A stretch of DNA of 64,000 nt from Octopus sinensis. Taxonomy: Eukaryota. The position numbers were made by a program, and so were the translations under genes. The stretch spans positions 59,024,001 to 59,088,000 of the forward strand of contig NC_043013.1 of the NCBI RefSeq assembly GCF_006345805.1, in the 5' to 3' direction. Below, piece by piece: positions 1-11,428 of the stretch. Position 1 is the first letter of the stretch, and each line of letters starts with the position of its first letter. The notes beneath the pieces are model-generated. The model saw only the letters and a program-made list of their open reading frames with translations, ran no database searches and had not been told where the DNA came from.

Positions 1-6
1 TTTTCT

Positions 7-398
7 CGTGGCTGTGTGGTAAGTAGCTTGTTTATGAACTACATGGTTCCGGGTTCAATCCCACTGCGTGGCACCTTGGGCAAGTGTCTTCTACTATAGC
101 CTCGGGCCGACCAAAGCCTTGTGAGTGGATTTGGTAGACGGAAACTGAAAGAAGCCCGTCGTTTATATGTGTGTATATATATATGCGTGTGTGCGTTTGT
201 GTGTCTGTGTTTGTCCCCCTAGCATTGCTTGACAACCGATGCTGGTGTGTTTATGTCCCCGTTACTTAGCGGTTCGGCAAAAGAGACCGATTGAATAAGT
301 ACTGGGCTTACAAAAGAATAAGTCCCGGGGTCGAGTTGCTCGATTAAAGGCGGTGCTCCAGCATGGCCGCAGTCAAATGACTGAAACAAGTAAAAGAG

Positions 399-400
<2 letters not shown>
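7..400 (+). mobile_element. tRNA-derived SINE, family A (GGCGCAGGAGTGGCTGTGTGG head, internal (TA)/(TG) tract, AAAGAGT tail)
   Basis: A-box TGGCTGTGTGG, B-box GGTTCAATCC, CCTTGGGCAAG segment reminiscent of the CORE domain; near-identical copies recur throughout the window. Confidence 0.9.
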
Positions 401-424
<24 letters not shown>

Positions 425-430
<6 letters not shown>

Positions 431-1135
431 TTAGATAAAATTTAGATATGTCTCGACCAAAGATTGGTCCAGGCCATGTCTAACTTAATGGCACCACCTG
501 ATAGGATTATCTAAATCTTTTTTAAGTCAAGTTTTGTTTATGGTCCATTCAAGTAGTGAGTTCTTGTTGAGTGAGTTGCATCCAGGTATGGGTGGCTTGT
601 CTGGTATTCCTTGAAGAAATCTGTTCAGACTTCGTTTAAAGGTGATGGGATCTTTTTCCTCTCTGATCTCTTTCGGGACAATGTTAAACAGGGCAAAGCC
701 TGTTGAGGAAAAGGAATTATGTTGCAGTGTACCTATATTTTGTGATCCTGAATTGGGCAGGGGACTATGGCCCGTGGTCCCAGCCTTGGATGAACCTTGA
801 AACTAATGTTCAGGTCGTTTGGGCAATGCTGGTGGTATATTCTCCACATCGTACAAATGATGTACTGCTCGCGGCGGTGCAGGAGAGAGTAGAGTTTCAA
901 GGCTTTGAGGTGGTCCCAGTAATCGAGATCAGTCATGCCTTCAATTCGTTTATTGAGTGTCTTCTGGAGTGATTCAATCCTCGAGATGTTTTGTTTTATA
1001 TGGGGAGACCACAAGAGGCAGCGGTATTCGAGGTGTGGCCGTACAAAGGAGGAGAAAAGTGGAATGATGACACCTTGTTCTCTGGACCGGAAGGTTCTTA
1101 TATATTTGTTCGTTTCACATATTTCTATCACATGC
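425..1135 (-). mobile_element. 5'-truncated CR1/L2-type LINE, RT C-terminal region and 3' end
   Basis: ORF 733-1173: LFSSFVRPHLEYRCLLWSPH...YSLLHRREQY, typical CR1-group post-RT motifs; continues as ALFNIVPKEIRE...FKRSLNRFLQGIPDKP. Confidence 0.85.
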
Positions 1136-1815
1136 AGTTTCATAGAATTATATAGAACTAATATACAGTTCAAAAATTAAAAAAAAAATTTATGGAGAAA
1201 AAAAGGCGAGGGCAAAGTAGCGGAAAACAGAGAGGGATATTATCCTGGGAATAAAAAAGAACATATATAAACCTAAACCGGAGGGCGATCAGAAATTCCT
1301 TCAAATTCTACCCACCCTTCCAATCTCCCAATGTAATCAAGATAAACATACTCTATGTACCGAAACATATCTCTCGAGGAATTCATTAAAAGATATATAC
1401 ATTTGACAAAGTTTGATTGGTAGAGGGAATGATCTTCCAAAAGAAAATTGTTTTTTCAATTTTTTCTTACATAATCGTAATTTACACCATCCAAAAATAC
1501 ATCTGAAAAAGTTCATTGAAAAAGCGTGCATTTTTATGAAAGTCATGAGCAAGATCTAGAAATGGGGAAATCATACGAAACTTTCTTCACCCCAACCCCG
1601 ATATTTTTGCAACTTATTCTGGCATAATTATAATCTGCACAACCTAAAATGCATCTCTGAAAAATTTCATTAAAAAATATGCATTTTAAAGTAAGTTATG
1701 ATGAACCAAAGTTAGAGGAGGGGCTCACTTCCTTAGTTATAGCCAACGGTGTCCCACACTGTAACATCACAGCAAACACTGTAATGACAACACATTAATA
1801 CAGTTTGTAATTTAA

Positions 1816-2013
1816 CAGCTAAGCTAAAGGCCAAATTATGTCGGCGAGAGCCAGCAACTCCCAGTCTCCTTTGCTGTGCACCATCGTATTTGCTGCAATG
1901 GAAATGCGTCATTCTTTTTTTACTATTAACAAGTGAATGTTAACGAGACATCTTAGAATACTTTCCTTGACTGCTCCATTCTCTATCTTTCTTTTAGAAT
2001 ATTGGGCATCCTT
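1816..2013. repeat. ~195-bp direct repeat, copy 1 (copy 2 at 3450-3643)
   Basis: CAGCTAAGCTAAAGGCC...ATTGGGCATCCTT present at both positions with scattered substitutions. Confidence 0.9.
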
Positions 2014-2127
2014 ACTTCACATCGCATATCTATAGTCTGTAAAATCACAACGGTGTAACAACTGACCACGTTACTCCATGCATTGTTGCATTATGTCGTA
2101 CATATCAACAATGAGTATCCTCTAGAC

Positions 2128-2423
2128 CAGTGCTTCTCAAACTATCTGATGTGGAATACCAGCAGGGGTTTTTTCTCTCCAATGTGCCAGGGACCAGTAA
2201 TATTTCTTAGCAATATTAATTTATACCGGAAACAATATATATATAATGAATATAATAAGAGTTGACCATTTTTTTAATCTTATATTTATTTTGAAAACAA
2301 ATATTACAATATTACATAAGCATTTTGTGATGTTTCTTTCTTTTCTGGAAACTCGCCGTGTACCAGCAGCTGATGGCTCGCGAGCTGGTTCCGGTCCGCG
2401 GACCACCACTTTGAGTAGTATTG
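2128..2423. mobile_element. hAT (Charlie-type) MITE
   Basis: TIRs CAGTGCTTCTCAAA / TTTGAGTAGTATTG; 8-bp TSD-like ctctagac / ttctagat matching the NTCTAGAN Charlie target. Confidence 0.75.
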
Positions 2424-2431
2424 TTCTAGAT

Positions 2432-2573
2432 CAGTCATTGGACAACCTGCTATCCGCGGATTTTTCCGAATAGCACGCCAAAGAAACTTACTTTTATTTT
2501 CAGTAGTGCGACCCGCTTGATGACAAGTCATGTTTCATGCAATCTGCTTCTCATGAAAGGTTGCCTATGCCTG
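2432..2573. mobile_element. hAT MITE
   Basis: TIRs CAGTCATTGGACAACCTG / AGGTTGCCTATGCCTG; flanks ttctagat / ttgtagtt (6 of 8 match). Confidence 0.6.
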
Positions 2574-2681
2574 TTGTAGTTCAGAACTAGTCAGAAACAA
2601 CCAAGAGGAAGTTGAACAAACTATTAAATAATTCTGAAAATTGCAAAGACAATGTAAAAAATATTACAAGGTTGCTTAAAC

Positions 2682-3005
2682 CAGTGGTTCTCAAATGGGG
2701 TCCATATAAGACTTTTGGAGCTCACGCAAGCAAAATAGTAAATTAAGGATCCACAGTAGTATTTTAAGGGCTCATGAAACAATGTTCATATAGATGTATT
2801 TATAGCAAGAAACAACTTGATTTCTTTCTTTAACATTTTACGTAGTTCAACCTAAACTGGTTGATGTGTGAAGAACAAAATACGTATTTTGAAAGAAGCG
2901 TCTATAAAATTAGTATTTAAACATCAGTTGGCTTTCAGGGCCCGCTAGAATAGAATAGTGATCAAAGGAGTCCACATGTAAAAACAAAATGGTTGAGAAT
3001 CATTG
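2682..3005. mobile_element. hAT (Charlie-type) MITE
   Basis: TIRs CAGTGGTTCTCAA / TTGAGAATCATTG; TSD gcttaaac / gtttaaac (7 of 8 match). Confidence 0.75.
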
Positions 3006-3077
3006 GTTTAAACGAAGACCTCGACTAATATTCTAATTACTCAGAATAGGACTTGAATATCAAAATATTTTACTTAC

Positions 3078-3156
3078 CAATCATGGTACCGACTATCATA
3101 GAAATTCCCTTTAGTAACCCCAACTTCCTCTCTGGATGTATGGTATCCGCTGTCAT
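3078..3156 (-). CDS. First coding segment of an SLC7 (LAT / b(0,+)AT-type) amino-acid transporter: MTADTIHPERKLGLLKGISMIVGTMI(G); gene continues beyond the left edge
   Basis: Matches the SLC7 TM1 signature xRxLGLxxGIS(M/I)IVGT(M/I)IG(SG); perfect donor G|gtaagt at 3078/3077; ATG at 3156 in AAGATGA context with an in-frame TAG upstream. Confidence 0.85.
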
Positions 3157-3220
3157 CTTCGGTTTCTATTTCTTTTGCTCTCTTTTGTTGCCACTTCTGT
3201 ATATAGTCTCAGATACCTCT
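3078..3220 (-). other. 143-nt exon (5' UTR plus start codon) of the SLC7 gene
   Basis: Acceptor with T-run ending ttttaccag| at 3221 and donor gtaagt; implies at least one non-coding exon further right. Confidence 0.75.
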
Positions 3221-3449
3221 CTGGTAAAAAAAATCATAATACTATGGTTAATGTTCAAATTACGTATATATGAGTGTTTATATGAAAATATACAATTATA
3301 CACAGGTAGTTCTCACTCTCAGCGTTTGTTTTTCACAACTTTATAGTTCTATGAGAATTTTCAGCGGCAAAAATAAAAAGCAATATTTTTTGTTTTTTAA
3401 TTTGTTTATAACTCAATGTGGGCTGTCTGAAAGCAATGAATGCATTTGT

Positions 3450-3643
3450 CAGCTAAGCTAAAGGCCACATTATGTCGGCGAGAGCCAGCAACTCCCAGTT
3501 TCCTTTGCTGTGGACCAACGTATTTGCTGCAATTGAAATGCGCTATTTTTTTTTATTAACAAGTGAATGTTTACGAGACATCTTAGAATACTTTCCTTGA
3601 CTGCTCCGTTCTCTGTCTTTCTTTTAGAATATTGGGCATCCTT
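3450..3643. repeat. ~195-bp direct repeat, copy 2
   Basis: Homologous to 1816-2013. Confidence 0.9.
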
Positions 3644-3875
3644 TTTTTTTAACATACCAAAATACATTAGTACACTAACTGGAACATTAAATAAGAAACT
3701 AGAAGGAACCATAACTTTGGGAAAAAATGTATGGAATTATAAGGTAGCACCATGCTGGAAATACCATTAACACTTTAGTCCACAAATTGTTTTATTTGAT
3801 TTATTATCTAAAAACTTTTTTATACAACTTTATCTGATACTAAATATATAAAAACATTTTGTTACAATATTTGAA

Positions 3876-3995
3876 AGAGTTCAAATTCTGCTGAGGTCGA
3901 CTTTGCCTTTTATCCTTTTGGAGTCGATCTAATCGACTGGCCTCCTCCCCCAAAATTTCGGGCCTTGTGCTTAGAGTAGAAAAGAATATTTAAAA
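3876..3995 (+). mobile_element. SINE family B fragment
   Basis: GAGTTCAAATTCTGCTGAGGTCGACTTTGCCTTT B-box plus conserved block shared with 36762-37530. Confidence 0.75.
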
Positions 3996-4281
3996 GACAC
4001 TCCAGTCTTGATGACTAACTTAAGGTATCTCGAAAAAATACAGGTATTGCAGAAGTATGATGGATTGTCCTTCTGGTCCTAAAAAAAGGACCATGGGCGC
4101 TGTGCTAAAAACGATTTTTGAAAAATACTCATTTGAACTTATCCGTCCGTACAATTTTGAAAGAGATGTAGAAATATTTGGATGGAGTTATGAATGCGCA
4201 TTCTATGCAATCTATTTGACTCGGAAGTAAAAAAAATTGTGTCACTCTTCAAATAAAGATTTTTAACAATATAGATTGCTG

Positions 4282-4480
4282 GTTAAGCATGAATATTGGT
4301 TCTAAATTTTGGCACAAGGCCAGTAAGTTCAGGGGCAGGTTTAAATTGATTACATGAATCCCAATGCTCGACTAGTACTTATTTTCTCGACCCCGAAAAG
4401 ACGAAAGACGAAGTCGACCACCACGAAATTTGAACTCAGAACATAAAGACAGACGAAATGCCATTAAGCATTTTCCCCGG
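4282..4480 (-). mobile_element. SINE family B copy
   Basis: Reverse complement of the family-B head and body. Confidence 0.75.
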
Positions 4481-4574
4481 CGATACTTTCACTGCAATTT
4501 GTACAGAAGCTTTTTCCATCCTTACAGCGCTAAAGGATAAAAGAGAAGACTGTAAAGGAAACACCTTACTGTAA

Positions 4575-4862
4575 ACCGTGGATGGTTTGGGCGCTAGAAG
4601 AGAGCAGGTTGGCACAATATCAAGAAGCACAGAGGATGAAGCAGTAAAATTTTGTCCACAAAATTTAAGAAAGAATTACTGGAGAGGGAAATTACTTGTG
4701 AAGACAAGTTTTCAATGTGGATGGGGAAGGATTCTTTTGGAGATTAAAAAAAATACCACTAAGAATCGTCAATGTCTGTATTTAAAGTTTCGAAAGATCG
4801 ACTAATTTCAATGTTTAGTAACAACACAAGCAGAGATAGCAAACTGAAACCATTGGTAATCT
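4575..4862 (+). pseudogene. pogo/Tigger transposase relic
   Basis: Frameshifted motifs GWFGR*KRAGWHNIK, QVFNVDGEGFFWR, FKVSKDRLISMF, KLKPLVI (CENP-B/DDE_1 family). Confidence 0.8.
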
Positions 4863-5441
4863 TTGGTACCATTGGTAACCCTATAGAAATGCAATTAAAA
4901 GGCTTGAATTTCAGCTTCATGTTTGAAGATTTGTTTTCTCATTTCTTTTCCTGTGGTTCTTCTCTCTCTCTCACACACACATACACTCACACAACACTCA
5001 TCACCTTTCATCTATCTCTCTTCCTCACCTTTCTCCCACTCTCTCCCCACTTATTTTCTTTCTCATTCTCTCACTGTCAACCAGATTGTGGCGCCATTTC
5101 TGGTCCTAGTATCCCACATTCCACCTATCACATTACACCAAGCCTACCATGTGATTCGTTATTATTTATATTATCTCCTACATTTCTTATTCCTTTCTCT
5201 CCTCTTTGATAAAGAGTATTACCCGAAATATCAAATTCGCTTCTGCTTCTTTCATTGGCGTATTTTCAATGTACACGTTCTTCCACTGTAATTTTTTCAT
5301 TTCATATTCTTAGGCTGTTTCAGCGTTCGCTTTACTTTGCTTTTTTAATATCATGTATTGTTCGTTTGTCTCTTCCTTGTCTCACAATCTTACTCATTAT
5401 ATTTGTCATGTATATATATATATATATATGCACACACGAAC

Positions 5442-5559
<118 letters not shown>

Positions 5560-5612
5560 GTTTAAATATTTGTTGTGCAAGAATTTTTATGTGAAGTCGT
5601 GTGTTGAAACAG

Positions 5613-6403
5613 ATATTGTTTTATTTCGGAATGGTCATTTTGCCAGTTTAGCCAATAAAAACACACGCACTATATATTTGGTGTTATTTTGCTTCAGTGT
5701 TATTTATTTTTTACATTAATCTTAATCTTATTTCGCCCAGAGTTCTTTCGTCACACTCCTGTGACCGCATCAGTGGTCCTTTGTTTTCTTCTTTCTTATT
5801 TGTGTCTCTCCTTACTAACCGTCAGCCATTTTGTATTTCTATTGTATGTCTTCATTTGCGCATGCTTATATCTCTATGTGCATTTATGTTTATTTAGTGT
5901 GTGTATGTGGGGGATGCCTGTAATATTTGTATCTTCTGTTTATATATGTTCATGTAATTTGTAATTTTATACGTTCATGTAATTTGTATTTTGTTTTTTG
6001 TTTTTGTTGTTTTTGTTTATTCTTATTTTGTTCCTGTGTTTACATCCACTTATTATTATCATTACATATGCTTGTATGTATGTATGTATGTATAACAACA
6101 ATACTAGTAATAATAATAATAAATTGAATCGAAAAAAAATACATATATATATATATAGATATATACATACATATATATATATATAGTTATTTATTTCTAT
6201 TAGTTTATTTATCTGTGTATTTATTATGTTTTCAGGATCCTCTATCGTCATATGTTGTGGTGTGTGTTAGTGCTCCATTGTAGTTTTCTATTCAGGCTAG
6301 GTTTATTTTCTATTATGTGTGTAGCTTCTGTAATTTGTCTAATTGTTGCATCTGATCTGTGTGTGGATAATATTTTAATTTCTATGTTATTGATTGATCC
6401 CCC
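5613..6403 (-). repeat. PLE pseudo-LTR, left arm of inverted repeat
   Basis: Near-identical reverse complement of 7775-8560; overlaps the ORF 3' end. Confidence 0.95.
5735..5779 (-). ncRNA. Putative atypical minimal type-I hammerhead ribozyme (left pLTR)
   Basis: GGACCA-CUGAUGCG-GUCACA ggag UGUGAC-GAAA-GAA-CUC-UGGGC. Confidence 0.55.
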
Positions 6404-7678
6404 GTGTTCTTGTTCGACGTGTTGGTACAGAATCGATGAGCTTTTACCTTCCTTGAGTTGTCTCCAATGCTCATTTACCCGCTCTCCTATGCTTCTTGCC
6501 GTTTCCCCTACGTATGTCGTTGTCTTGTTACTGCATCGTCCCTCTATACATCTTTTACTATAGACTACATTTCTGGCTTTACAGTTTGTTTGTGGGGTAA
6601 ATCTACATACAGTACAGTACTTATCCGTACAGGGGGTTCTACTAAAAGGATAGGTTCTACCAATTATAGATTTGATAGGGTTGCCTGGCTTTTCAACAAC
6701 CTTAATTCTTAGCTTAAGTTTGTCTAGGGTCCTTCTAAAGCGATACGCCAGTTCACCTCCAGGGATGGTGTCAACGAACATGACACTCTGGTATTTATGG
6801 CTATCATACCAAGAGTTGGCCTTCCCTATTTTCTTTTTTGTCCTTTCTATAGTGTTCCATGACTTGTTCCTATAGAGTGGGCAAATACCATTCCTATCAT
6901 TACATAATATATTATCAAATTTCATAATGGCTCTTTTGTATACTCTGATCCTTTCTTTATGGCTGTAACCTGAGAACTGCATGCGGTGAATGAAATATTG
7001 TATGTGTCTCTTTAACTTTGTAGGCTCGCACATGCATGACACATTTCTCATTATTCTGACGAGGTCTGCCATCAAAATATTGAATTTGACATTGTCCGCA
7101 ATGGCTGAGTTCCGGTGGATCAAGTATTTTGAGGCCATAGGTTTGGCATAGTATGAATGAAGGATTTGGGTTTTATTATTCACAATTTCTAGCCAGAGTT
7201 CGGTGTCTAGTACTGGTAGTCTATGGTTGGGGTGTTTAGTGGGGTAGTCTATTGTGACCTTAATACTCTGGTGGATGGAGTTAGCTATTTGCTGGATGCT
7301 CTCCATAGTATTAGTTTCTATTACTATATCAACATTACTCTCTTGTTGGGATGCCTTTACCACTATGTTGATATCATCAACATAGCGAGAGTACATGTTT
7401 ACGAGTATGGAGTTCTGTGTTAGGCGTTCTTTAAGCCTTCTGTCCCACCATACCATGAAAAGGTTGGCCACATCACCAGCGATACTAACGCCGATGGCTG
7501 CCCCCTCGTCCTGGGCATATATTTTATTATTAAACTTAAACGTGTGGCCTTTTAGGGTAACTCTTATACTAGCTCCTAGTGCATGTGCGATCATTTTCTT
7601 TATCTGATGGACATTTGCGGGGCTCCGTATGGCTCTGGTCCATCCGCGCCATCTTTCTATATGTGTCTTCCTAGCCAT
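6248..7678 (-). CDS. PLE reverse transcriptase / GIY-YIG endonuclease (partial, 476 aa; frame open to ~7765)
   Basis: GAAIGVSIAGDVANLFM (motif B), RYVDD (motif C), Cys linker CTDKYCTVC, VVY...YVGETARSIGERVNEH GIY-YIG; motif A absent (truncated). Confidence 0.92.
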   Translation of the reverse strand: MARKTHIERWRGWTRAIRSPANVHQIKKMIAHALGASIRVTLKGHTFKFNNKIYAQDEGAAIGVSIAGDVANLFMVWWDRRLKERLTQNSILVNMYSRYVDDINIVVKASQQESNVDIVIETNTMESIQQIANSIHQSIKVTIDYPTKHPNHRLPVLDTELWLEIVNNKTQILHSYYAKPMASKYLIHRNSAIADNVKFNILMADLVRIMRNVSCMCEPTKLKRHIQYFIHRMQFSGYSHKERIRVYKRAIMKFDNILCNDRNGICPLYRNKSWNTIERTKKKIGKANSWYDSHKYQSVMFVDTIPGGELAYRFRRTLDKLKLRIKVVEKPGNPIKSIIGRTYPFSRTPCTDKYCTVCRFTPQTNCKARNVVYSKRCIEGRCSNKTTTYVGETARSIGERVNEHWRQLKEGKSSSILYQHVEQEHGGSINNIEIKILSTHRSDATIRQITEATHIIENKPSLNRKLQWSTNTHHNI

Positions 7679-7774
7679 AGAAGTAATTGTGGGCGGTCTA
7701 CCTCTTAAACATCTACTGGGGCAGAAACTACTAAGATTATGTTTATCTAAGTATTCATTATTACATTATGATAT

Positions 7775-8016
7775 GGGGGATCAATCAATAACATAGAAAT
7801 TAAAATATTATCCACACATAGATCAGACGCAACAATTAGACAAATTACAGAAGCTACACACATAATAGAAAATAAACCTAGCCTGAATAGAAAACTACAA
7901 TGGAGCACTAACACACACCACAACATATGACGATAGAGGATCCTGAAAACATAATAAATACACAGATAAATAAACTAATAGAAATAAATAACTATATATA
8001 TATATATATGTATGTA

Positions 8017-8047
<31 letters not shown>

Positions 8048-8552
8048 GTATTTTTTTTCGATTCAATTTATTATTATTATTACTAGTATTGTTGTTATAC
8101 ATACATACAAGCATATGTAATGATAATAATAAGTGGATGTAAACACAGGAACAAAATAAGAATAAACAAAAAACAAAAAACAAAATACAAATTACATGAA
8201 CATATAAAATTACAAATTACATGAACATATATAAACAGAAGATACAAATATTACAGGCATCCCCCACATACACACACTAATAAACATAAATGCACATAGA
8301 GATATAAGCATGCGCAAATGAAGACATACAATAGAAATACAAAATGGCTGACGGTTAGTAAGGAGAGACACAAATAAGAAAGAAGAAAACAAAGGACCAC
8401 TGATGCGGTCACAGGAGTGTGACGAAAGAACTCTGGCCGAAATAAGATTAAGATTAATGTAAAAAATAAATAACACTGAAGCAAAATAACACCAAATATA
8501 TAGTGCGTGTGTTTTTATTGGCTAAACTGGCAAAATGACCATTCCGAAATAT

Positions 8553-8560
<8 letters not shown>
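7775..8560 (+). repeat. PLE pseudo-LTR, right (inverted) arm
   Basis: Near-identical reverse complement of 5613-6403. Confidence 0.95.
8394..8438 (+). ncRNA. Putative atypical minimal type-I hammerhead ribozyme (right pLTR)
   Basis: GGACCA-CUGAUGCG-GUCACA ggag UGUGAC-GAAA-GAA-CUC-UGGCC. Confidence 0.55.
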
Positions 8561-8637
<77 letters not shown>

Positions 8638-8888
8638 TATATGTATGTATGTATGGTGTGTGTGTGTGTGTGTGTATGTGTGTGTTTATATAACTGAAGA
8701 GATGGCGGCGCAGATTTCCACCCCGACATCCAAAACTCGGAGTTTTATCATGGCTACCGAATAGTTGTCACATATTATATTTACAGATAAATTCCTCTAT
8801 TCACATAATATCGAGGTCTCTTTCATTCTTTTGTTTTCTTACCATTTCTATCAATACATGTTTATATATATATATATGTATGTATGTA

Positions 8889-8938
<50 letters not shown>

Positions 8939-8959
8939 AGGTTGAAAAGTAACAGACAA

Positions 8960-9640
8960 GTTGATATTATAAGGGAAATAAGGTAGAAAATGCTAAAATA
9001 ATTTTATCATGAAGAACATTTTAGTACCGGTTCAGCCTTTTCGACTTCTTCAACGTAGAGTAAAGCATGAAAAACAATTGAAGTAGGTAGGTAGAAGCAG
9101 ATCGAAGAAATATTTAATATGAGGGGTGTTGATTCTGGATTTTGACTGGTTAAGCAGCAGTACCAAGGAAGGAGACGGCGAAGAACAAAGAGGAGGAGGA
9201 TGACGAAGGGGAGAAAAGAAGAGAAAGAAGAAGAAAAAGAAGAAGAAAAAGACGGGAGTGGTATGACTGCAGTAGGCTGTTCGTAGAGTCTTCTTGAATG
9301 GTCAAGTGACCTAAAAGTGACATGTTGTGGTTATAACAGTAGTGATTGGAATTGTTCTGAATAATTTCATGGGCAGTGACTGTTCTAAATATATCGTTTT
9401 TAATATTTGTGTGGCTACTATTCTAAGATCCTTGTAGTGGTGTCATCTGTGGTGGAAGCATTCGAAAGGGATTTATATCTTGCGATAAAATATGATTCTT
9501 TGCTAATGCGCTGATTATAGGTTGAATTGTCCCTGAATTTATAGAGGGGAAAAATTCTGAAGTTGGGTTGTTCGTTAATGGCACAAATGTCGATGTGTTC
9601 GCTAAATGCTATTTTTCTGTATTTCAATCTGTGATATACG
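8960..9640 (-). mobile_element. PLE 3' fragment (GIY-YIG C-terminus plus 3' region), related to the 46347-47820 element
   Basis: KYRKIAFSEHIDICAINEQPNFRIFPLYKF...KESYFIARYK aligns by eye with EYRKIP/HIDRCTANENPKFTTYPLYKF...KELYFIKKFR. Confidence 0.8.
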
Positions 9641-9694
9641 TAGGGTCATCCTCTGGCGTACACTGTTTTTGATTTGGAACAAAAGGAACAGAGG

Positions 9695-9735
9695 GGTATT
9701 TAACGTTTCGAGCAAAGCTCTTCTTCAGAGACATG
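9695..9735 (-). ncRNA. Minimal hammerhead ribozyme motif in a pLTR-like segment (9640-9790)
   Basis: UGUCU-CUGAAGA-A-GAGC uuu GCUC-GAAACGUU-AAAUA; intact core, palindromic AACGUU, weakened stem I. Confidence 0.7.
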
Positions 9736-9807
9736 AAACAGAGGGAAGTCCGAAAGAAAAGTAAGACGGAGGAAAAAATCGCCAACATTCTACATACAGT
9801 AATATAC

Positions 9808-9860
<53 letters not shown>

Positions 9861-9972
9861 CATACATACTACATACATACATACATACATACATACATAC
9901 ATACACTGATAGATATAGATAGATATATAAACATGATTAAATATATACAGATATATATATATATATATATAG

Positions 9973-10004
<32 letters not shown>

Positions 10005-10028
10005 GTTTATATATATAAGTTTATTTAA

Positions 10029-10085
<57 letters not shown>

Positions 10086-10104
10086 TATATGTGTGTGTGT
10101 GTGT

Positions 10105-10136
<32 letters not shown>

Positions 10137-11279
10137 CACACACTTAACAAGTTTGGAGATCTTCAAATACTGTTTTATTGTCAATCGCTACTACTACTGC
10201 TACAACAACAGCAACAGCAACAACAACTATTACTAGTACTACTACTACTTGTACTACATACACATACATCATTGTTACCTTGTTTTATGAGAGTCGTATA
10301 CAACGCATAAAAGCTGTAGAAACTTTTGGAGACGTAAAAGTATGTCGGTGCGTTGATATCTGAATAGCAACGGGCAAGCCATAAGCAATAATCTTCTCAA
10401 GATTCTAAGGAATTGTATTGACAACTATATTTTATTTCCATTCGGTGAGTGTCGTCGTGTTCGTGTTTTGGTTCAGTGATCTTTTAATACCAATATAAAG
10501 TTTATTCATAATATATAGAGAGTTAAGTAAAATATGTTATGCATTATATTGCCAATTACGCCGTGATAACAAAATGGTCTATAAATGCAACAAATAAAAA
10601 TGTTTGCCTTTATGTAGTATAAATGACTGTACTTTAGGTAGATGAATGAAAACAAGGGTACTAGTATGTTTGATCGTGTTGATATTTAGAGTACGTGTAC
10701 TTAGATATTTAGAGTACTTACTCTCACTTTCTAATTTCTCTGTGTTCCATTTATGACAGGTTTAGCTCAGGTAGAAGTTTTAGATAGGTGGATTAAGAAG
10801 AATGTATGTAGCTGTAGGTCTGTCTATAAGGTATTTGTAGCAGAAAATCGTACTTATGGGAAAGGTATTTACATAAAATATTGAGATTGAAACAACTGTA
10901 AACTAAATTGAGTAAGAAAACGAAAGTAATAAGTTATAATTACGATGGAACAAAGGAGATGATAATACTATTTAGAAGTTTTAAGATAACAGAAATAAAA
11001 TACAAAGTCACATTTTCGATAGAATATCAGTATAGATCGTTATTGAAAGTGTCTGATGGAACATTCAAATATTTTCTGGAAGCTAGTACTTCAGTGGGGT
11101 TACGCAATGCCTAAAACTACGATAAGATTCAGGAAACTCAGAAGGTCGTATCATAAAAAATAAATATGTTGTTTATTGGGATCTACTTTGCGTCGATAGC
11201 ATTTAAAGGCTTTATAAATTTTGTGTCCTATAGGTGGACATTTTTTGTCTGAATGCCCGTTTATTATAAGTTTCTTTTC

Positions 11280-11280
11280 A

Positions 11281-11353
<73 letters not shown>

Positions 11354-11374
11354 GTCTGTCTGTCTATCTGTCTA

Positions 11375-11428
<54 letters not shown>

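Noticed and set aside
3118-3196. Alternative acidic frame (KRAKEIETEDDSGYHTSREEVG) that would join the SLC7 frame if one C of the CCCC run were removed
   Set aside because: The existing frame already matches the family (IHPERKLG) with a good ATG; the alternative needs both an error and a weak acceptor
10760-10870. Possible very old PLE RT thumb trace (RQTYSYIHSS, minus strand)
   Set aside because: Single short motif; could be chance
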